IMG/VR virus record: IMGVR_UViG_3300031993_000016
DNA: 64,000 bases
Origin: a virus
Taxonomy: Duplodnaviria; Caudoviricetes
Direction: 5' to 3' (one strand)
Under the pieces are notes generated by a model. The model searched no databases, was not told the DNA's origin, and was given only the letters and a program-made list of their open reading frames with translations. Positions 59,700-64,000 of this stretch are shown here, in pieces. Made by a program: the position numbers and the translations under genes. Every line of letters starts with the position of its first letter. Within the stretch, counting starts at the first letter, position 1.

Positions 59700-59951
59700 C
59701 TACCATTCGCAGTAATCATTCAAATAATCAAGAGCATTGTCAATTGCATCTATTTCATCTTCAAGTTCTTCGATATCTTCGTCAATCTTATCATATCTTT
59801 CCTGCTCAGCATCTGTGAGATCTCTATCGTAATCATTTGCCTTTTCTTCGATAGCTTCTTGTTTCTCTCTAAGGGCATCAATCTTATCTTCTATATTTGC
59901 TCTGATATCATCTAATTTGTTTACTATGTTGTTTAGCTTTATGATTGCCAT
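59700..59951 (-). CDS. Small acidic coiled-coil protein
   Basis: 83 aa, D/E-rich heptads. Confidence 0.6.
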   Translation of the reverse strand: MAIIKLNNIVNKLDDIRANIEDKIDALREKQEAIEEKANDYDRDLTDAEQERYDKIDEDIEELEDEIDAIDNALDYLNDYCEW

Positions 59952-59965
59952 AGTATTACCCCCTA

Positions 59966-60229
59966 TTAAGCTTTAGTTAACTGATGAGATTTCGTCATAA
60001 GTATTTCAGAAGCTTGTCCTAAGATGCTAAGTTCATCATCAGTGAAATTTTCTACAAGATCAGAATATCCTATATTCTGAAATACTTCAAGTACGCCGAG
60101 ACAATCATCTATGTCTGTAGCAATCAGTCCAAGCTTTCTGCCAAGTCGAGCTATTGTGCTCAATCTATTTTCATTTGCTGCACCTTCAAATCCATATGGA
60201 TCCGATGCACTGATTATACGCTTTTTCAT
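59966..60229 (-). CDS. MKKRIISA-leader protein
   Basis: AGGAGG RBS. Confidence 0.6.
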   Translation of the reverse strand: MKKRIISASDPYGFEGAANENRLSTIARLGRKLGLIATDIDDCLGVLEVFQNIGYSDLVENFTDDELSILGQASEILMTKSHQLTKA

Positions 60230-60241
60230 ACTAGAATCCTC

Positions 60242-60556
60242 CTAATGCTTTATGTACCAGTTGATGCATTCAATATCTTCATCATCTAAGAATTCATCTT
60301 CTAGCTTGTAACTTAACCAATCTTTCTCAAGAGGTGTAAGTCGGATGATGCCTGTAAAGTTATCTAACTTGTTGTATGCAGCACGTGCTTTTCTGCATAT
60401 ACTTCTACCTTCACCTTCATCATGTTGCTCTGTCATGACTCGGAGAGTATCAAGTCGATTCATACGTTTCATCAACTCGTCTTTGGACAAGTAAGATGTA
60501 ACAACTTCACCATTAGAAAATCTATAGGTGTGAAGTACTTTGTTTAATTGCTTCAT
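60242..60556 (-). CDS. Hypothetical protein
   Basis: AGGAGGTG RBS; promoter motifs at 60589 and 60619. Confidence 0.6.
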   Translation of the reverse strand: MKQLNKVLHTYRFSNGEVVTSYLSKDELMKRMNRLDTLRVMTEQHDEGEGRSICRKARAAYNKLDNFTGIIRLTPLEKDWLSYKLEDEFLDDEDIECINWYIKH

Positions 60557-60709
60557 TATACACCTCCTATATGTATCATTATTACTGATATATAAGGTGA
60601 TTTAGCTTCACAAATACATTAACGATTTTTACATAGTATAAGACCCTAACTAAGCTGGCAAACTTAATCAGGGCCTAAGGAGAAAAATAAATGTATAGTT
60701 ACTTTAAGC

Positions 60710-61258
60710 TTACTTGTTTGGGTGCACAAGGTTTCTTATAAAATAATACTTATTTTCAAGGTCAACTGCAGCCTCGTCTATTTCTTCTAATTGCTCGTCA
60801 GATAACAAGCTGAACCACTGTTGACCATTGATGGTTATTGGGTTACGGTCAAGTTCTTGCATGTATGCCGCATACTTTTTAAGGCCTTGCGAAAGAGTCA
60901 GACCTAATTCACTCATTTGCAGTAACTCTTGTACTCGATCAAGTGGTTGCGAATCTTCAGCAATTTCGGTCGACATCATGATATCGTCATCATCAAATCC
61001 TGTATAACTATCAAACCATTCATGGGCTTCTGCTTCATTGTCAAATTCTGCATCGCAGCTGTTAGATGGATTGTAGAAATCTACATCACCGAATATACAG
61101 ATCCATGTATCATCCATCCAGTTGTGCCAAAGGGAGTAATCTGTGGAAAATCCGTCGTAATCTAAAACAGATTTTTTAGCTATCATCTCCCAACCTGCAA
61201 GAGCATCATAATCATCATATTCATCTAAATCAGAATCATCAAAGAATTCATCTTGCAT
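60710..61258 (-). CDS. Acidic hypothetical protein
   Basis: GAGGAGG RBS; 182 aa. Confidence 0.6.
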   Translation of the reverse strand: MQDEFFDDSDLDEYDDYDALAGWEMIAKKSVLDYDGFSTDYSLWHNWMDDTWICIFGDVDFYNPSNSCDAEFDNEAEAHEWFDSYTGFDDDDIMMSTEIAEDSQPLDRVQELLQMSELGLTLSQGLKKYAAYMQELDRNPITINGQQWFSLLSDEQLEEIDEAAVDLENKYYFIRNLVHPNK

Positions 61259-61261
61259 GAT

Positions 61262-62773
61262 TTAATCCTCCTCATCAAATGTACTTTGTATTTCATCTAC
61301 AATGTGATTGAAATCTTCATCCACATCTGCAAATGTAAGATCTTCAATTGGTAGTTCATATTCTACTATAGTAAGTACACCTGCGTTTTCATAAGTAAGT
61401 GTTATGTAGAGATTCTCGTCATCCCCATCATCTAATAATATTGAATCTATGGCATAATTATCAGAACCTACTGTACCATCTACTGCCCATTTATTCAATT
61501 TATCACCGATTAGATTGATATATGAGTCATTGTTATCCTCATCATAATCATCATCGTCATTGTAATCATTATCAGCATCTTCTGCAGCTTGCACCACATC
61601 ATATGTAACTAAATCTGCTTTTTCTTCATTGTGGTTTGCAGTATCAGCTGTAGCACCTTCTACTACAGCTGATTGATCGCAACCCTCAATAAATGATGAA
61701 TCATCAGGTTCAAAACCTAAATAATTTATCATATACTGTTTAGCTTGTTCAAGTGAGCAATCAAAATGATCTGCGATGTATTGTTGTTCAGCAGCAGTTT
61801 CTGTACCCCAATCTCCAGAAACTGGATCAGATGTTACGAAGCTATCTGCGATATTCCACAAATCGTCTACCTGTGCTGGAGTTAATTCATCAGTTGCACA
61901 AGCTACGTTTACTGTGTTAGTTGCTGAATCAATTACATCCTGTGGAAGATCTTTAAGATCTTCTGGATAATTCTGCATTGTATCTTTATACCATTGGTCT
62001 AATGTATAAGGCTGTTCTGAATCATCGTATAAATCAATATAAGATGCAACACCTTCTGCATAATTTTTTACTTCTTCGGATTCTGCGTCATAGCCTTTAG
62101 ACGATAAAAAGTCTAATACTTCAGCTACGGAGGTTGTTGAGTTGACATTTGTAGTAGAGTTAATTCCGTTAACTTCTGCAACTTCACGTCTTGCATCGTT
62201 GACGCTTTGTATGAATTCATCAGTTAATTCAAATCCATCTGCTATAGCGTCTTCGCATCTTTCCTTAAGATAATCATCATAAGAACCGGTAAAATCATCT
62301 TCATATTCTGACTGATAGCATTCACCTAAATGTTTATCATATCCATAATAATCAACAGCTTCAGGATCATCTGTTTTGGACTGCCAATAAGCATATAAGA
62401 ATCTAGTCATCTCACCTATTGTCATATCGTCTAGACCCTTAACTGCATCCGGATCAAAATATGAACTAGCACTTATATATCCATCAGCTTTCAGCTCTTC
62501 TAGTTCATCTTCAAGATATTCATCTAAAGAGCCTTCAAATGCACCTTGGGAAACATCACTGTTATATGTATCAATTATGTCGTCTTTAAATGCTTCAAAA
62601 TCTTGACCTTCACCCCAACAATCATATAACTGTTTGAATAAATTGTCTTGAGAAGCTTCGATTGTTTGTGTAGATGTTATATCATTAGAATCTTCTAAAA
62701 CATCTATCTGACGCATAACAGCGTTAAGCAATTGGTCAGGTGTTCCTTTTGTAATCTTGCTCAATGTATACAC
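61262..62773 (-). CDS. Highly acidic multi-module protein (candidate processed internal head protein)
   Basis: 503 aa, D/E-rich blocks separated by S/T/A linkers. Confidence 0.6.
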   Translation of the reverse strand: MYTLSKITKGTPDQLLNAVMRQIDVLEDSNDITSTQTIEASQDNLFKQLYDCWGEGQDFEAFKDDIIDTYNSDVSQGAFEGSLDEYLEDELEELKADGYISASSYFDPDAVKGLDDMTIGEMTRFLYAYWQSKTDDPEAVDYYGYDKHLGECYQSEYEDDFTGSYDDYLKERCEDAIADGFELTDEFIQSVNDARREVAEVNGINSTTNVNSTTSVAEVLDFLSSKGYDAESEEVKNYAEGVASYIDLYDDSEQPYTLDQWYKDTMQNYPEDLKDLPQDVIDSATNTVNVACATDELTPAQVDDLWNIADSFVTSDPVSGDWGTETAAEQQYIADHFDCSLEQAKQYMINYLGFEPDDSSFIEGCDQSAVVEGATADTANHNEEKADLVTYDVVQAAEDADNDYNDDDDYDEDNNDSYINLIGDKLNKWAVDGTVGSDNYAIDSILLDDGDDENLYITLTYENAGVLTIVEYELPIEDLTFADVDEDFNHIVDEIQSTFDEED

Positions 62774-62777
62774 CCCC

Positions 62778-62954
62778 TTACAATGTTATAAGTCCTGTAT
62801 CGTCAACTGTATCTGTATAATAAGCATCAGAACACTCTTCTATAGAAGTGTTACATGCTGATTCTACAACGTTGCTATCTAAATCAGCTATTTTGTTCTT
62901 AACTGCGTTGAGTAATTGTTCAGGTGTGCCTTTTGCACATGTTATCTTGTTCAT
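62778..62954 (-). CDS. 58-aa protein sharing the KGTPxQLLNAV module with its downstream neighbour (not in ORF track)
   Basis: Manual translation MNKITCAKGTPEQLLNAVKNKIADLDSN...; GGGGGTG RBS; ATG overlaps the upstream TGA. Confidence 0.7.
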   Translation of the reverse strand: MNKITCAKGTPEQLLNAVKNKIADLDSNVVESACNTSIEECSDAYYTDTVDDTGLITL

Positions 62955-63184
62955 TCAGTCACCCCCTGTAATATATCAGCTATCTGTGAAATTGCATCGT
63001 TTATTGTATCTGAAATGCTCTGTGCAATTTCGACGCCTGCATCACTAGCAGATGCGTCAGATCTGTCTAATTTTTCAAGACCTGCAACTAGATAGTCATA
63101 ATCTTCGTCAATTTGATCTAGTAATGTTGATAATTCACTAGGTTCGGTAGATTCTGCAGCTACAATAGGTGTATACTTTTTCAT
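62951..63184 (-). CDS. Small acidic protein, MKKYTPIVAA leader
   Basis: GGAGG RBS. Confidence 0.6.
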   Translation of the reverse strand: MKKYTPIVAAESTEPSELSTLLDQIDEDYDYLVAGLEKLDRSDASASDAGVEIAQSISDTINDAISQIADILQGVTE

Positions 63185-63187
63185 AGC

Positions 63188-64000
63188 TTATACCTCCGCT
63201 TCGCTGTTCAGAAGATCATCAAGGTTGTATATTGTTGCAGGGTCTGCAAGAGAAATGTTACCCTTCTTAGCCCTTACCACGTTCCAGGTGTCCTTAAGTC
63301 TATTTTTAAGCATTGTAACACCAGTCTCATCACCGTTGATAACATAGTCAATAGTCCAACTATCGATAACTTTCACTAGATACTGTGCAGGTGTTTCCTT
63401 TAATACTTGTATATAAGCAAATTTACCAGAAACTGGACTAGTATTCCAATTGTATATCTTTATGATATTACGAGTACCAATAAGCTCTTCTAATTCAGCT
63501 TCCTGTAACTGTGCTCGCCAATCTTCGCCCTTTGGTGCGGCTTCATCTAATTTATAATCTGAATATTTCGGCATATCAACTTTTATAATTGTGTTCCAAT
63601 TAACTTCGTTGAGAAACTCAAGTGCGTCAACTGTCTGTCTGAGCGATTTCATTTGATCAACTGTTGTAGCTTTAAGACCTGACCAAGAAGAAGATTTACG
63701 AGTAACTTCCCCGTTGCTATCTAATCCAATATCATATGACCAACTAAGTGCACTAGAATCTTCAAATTTGCTATGCTCATTACATCTGATATATACTTCT
63801 GCGAATTCGTATTCTTTATCGCCCTTACCCCAATTATAACCTCTACGAACATCGATGTCAAAATCAAGTGCATCAAATTGTCTAAGCTGGCTCTCTAAAA
63901 ACTTCTGTATAGGGTCAAGCACTTTACGTTCAGCTTCTCTTAATGCAGATTGGTGTTCTTTATATCTAGCATCATAAGCAGCTTTATCCGCATCATACTG
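63188..64000 (-). CDS. Hypothetical protein, 5' end outside window
   Basis: Frame stays open from 63922 to the window edge. Confidence 0.6.
   Translation of the reverse strand, partial: QYDADKAAYDARYKEHQSALREAERKVLDPIQKFLESQLRQFDALDFDIDVRRGYNWGKGDKEYEFAEVYIRCNEHSKFEDSSALSWSYDIGLDSNGEVTRKSSSWSGLKATTVDQMKSLRQTVDALEFLNEVNWNTIIKVDMPKYSDYKLDEAAPKGEDWRAQLQEAELEELIGTRNIIKIYNWNTSPVSGKFAYIQVLKETPAQYLVKVIDSWTIDYVINGDETGVTMLKNRLKDTWNVVRAKKGNISLADPATIYNLDDLLNSEAEV

Noticed and set aside
1-64000. Stop-codon reassignment
   Set aside because: Conserved genes are full length in code 11, and TAG, TGA and TAA all terminate genes at sensible positions.

Overview
This window is 64 kb of a large, AT-rich myovirus-like bacteriophage genome. 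It uses the standard code, and almost all genes are on the minus strand. The host is probably a Bacillota/Clostridia species, judged from GGAGG Shine-Dalgarno sites, sigma-A promoters and a Bacillus-type QueF. Layout, left to right: (1) tail sheath, neck, portal and terminase, with a catalytically degenerate NAD-ligase-like gene between terminase and portal; (2) a DpdA-like DNA transglycosylase, a DUF5664 dNTP diphosphohydrolase and several NUMOD4/HNH endonucleases; (3) a Dp-1-like replication module (family A polymerase with intein, beta clamp, DnaX with mini-intein, delta/delta-prime, RecA, SSB, primase, DnaB, degenerate DnaC); (4) a 1 kb non-coding control region with a candidate structured ncRNA and a probable origin; (5) two phage sigma factors; (6) an IS607 tnpA-tnpB element and an amidase; (7) a complete folE-queE-queD-queC-queF plus yhhQ preQ1 pathway, interleaved with many small genes. 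The main non-obvious findings are: two copies of a variant preQ1-I-like riboswitch, with different expression platforms, in front of queF and yhhQ; a shared N-terminal MK(R/K)YIK(A/S) leader on otherwise unrelated proteins (candidate capsid-targeting/processing signal); two strand-faithful phage promoter motifs that would match a two-sigma cascade; and a 29-bp perfect inverted-repeat RNA with its own sigma-A promoter. All calls come from reading motifs by eye; no database search was run.
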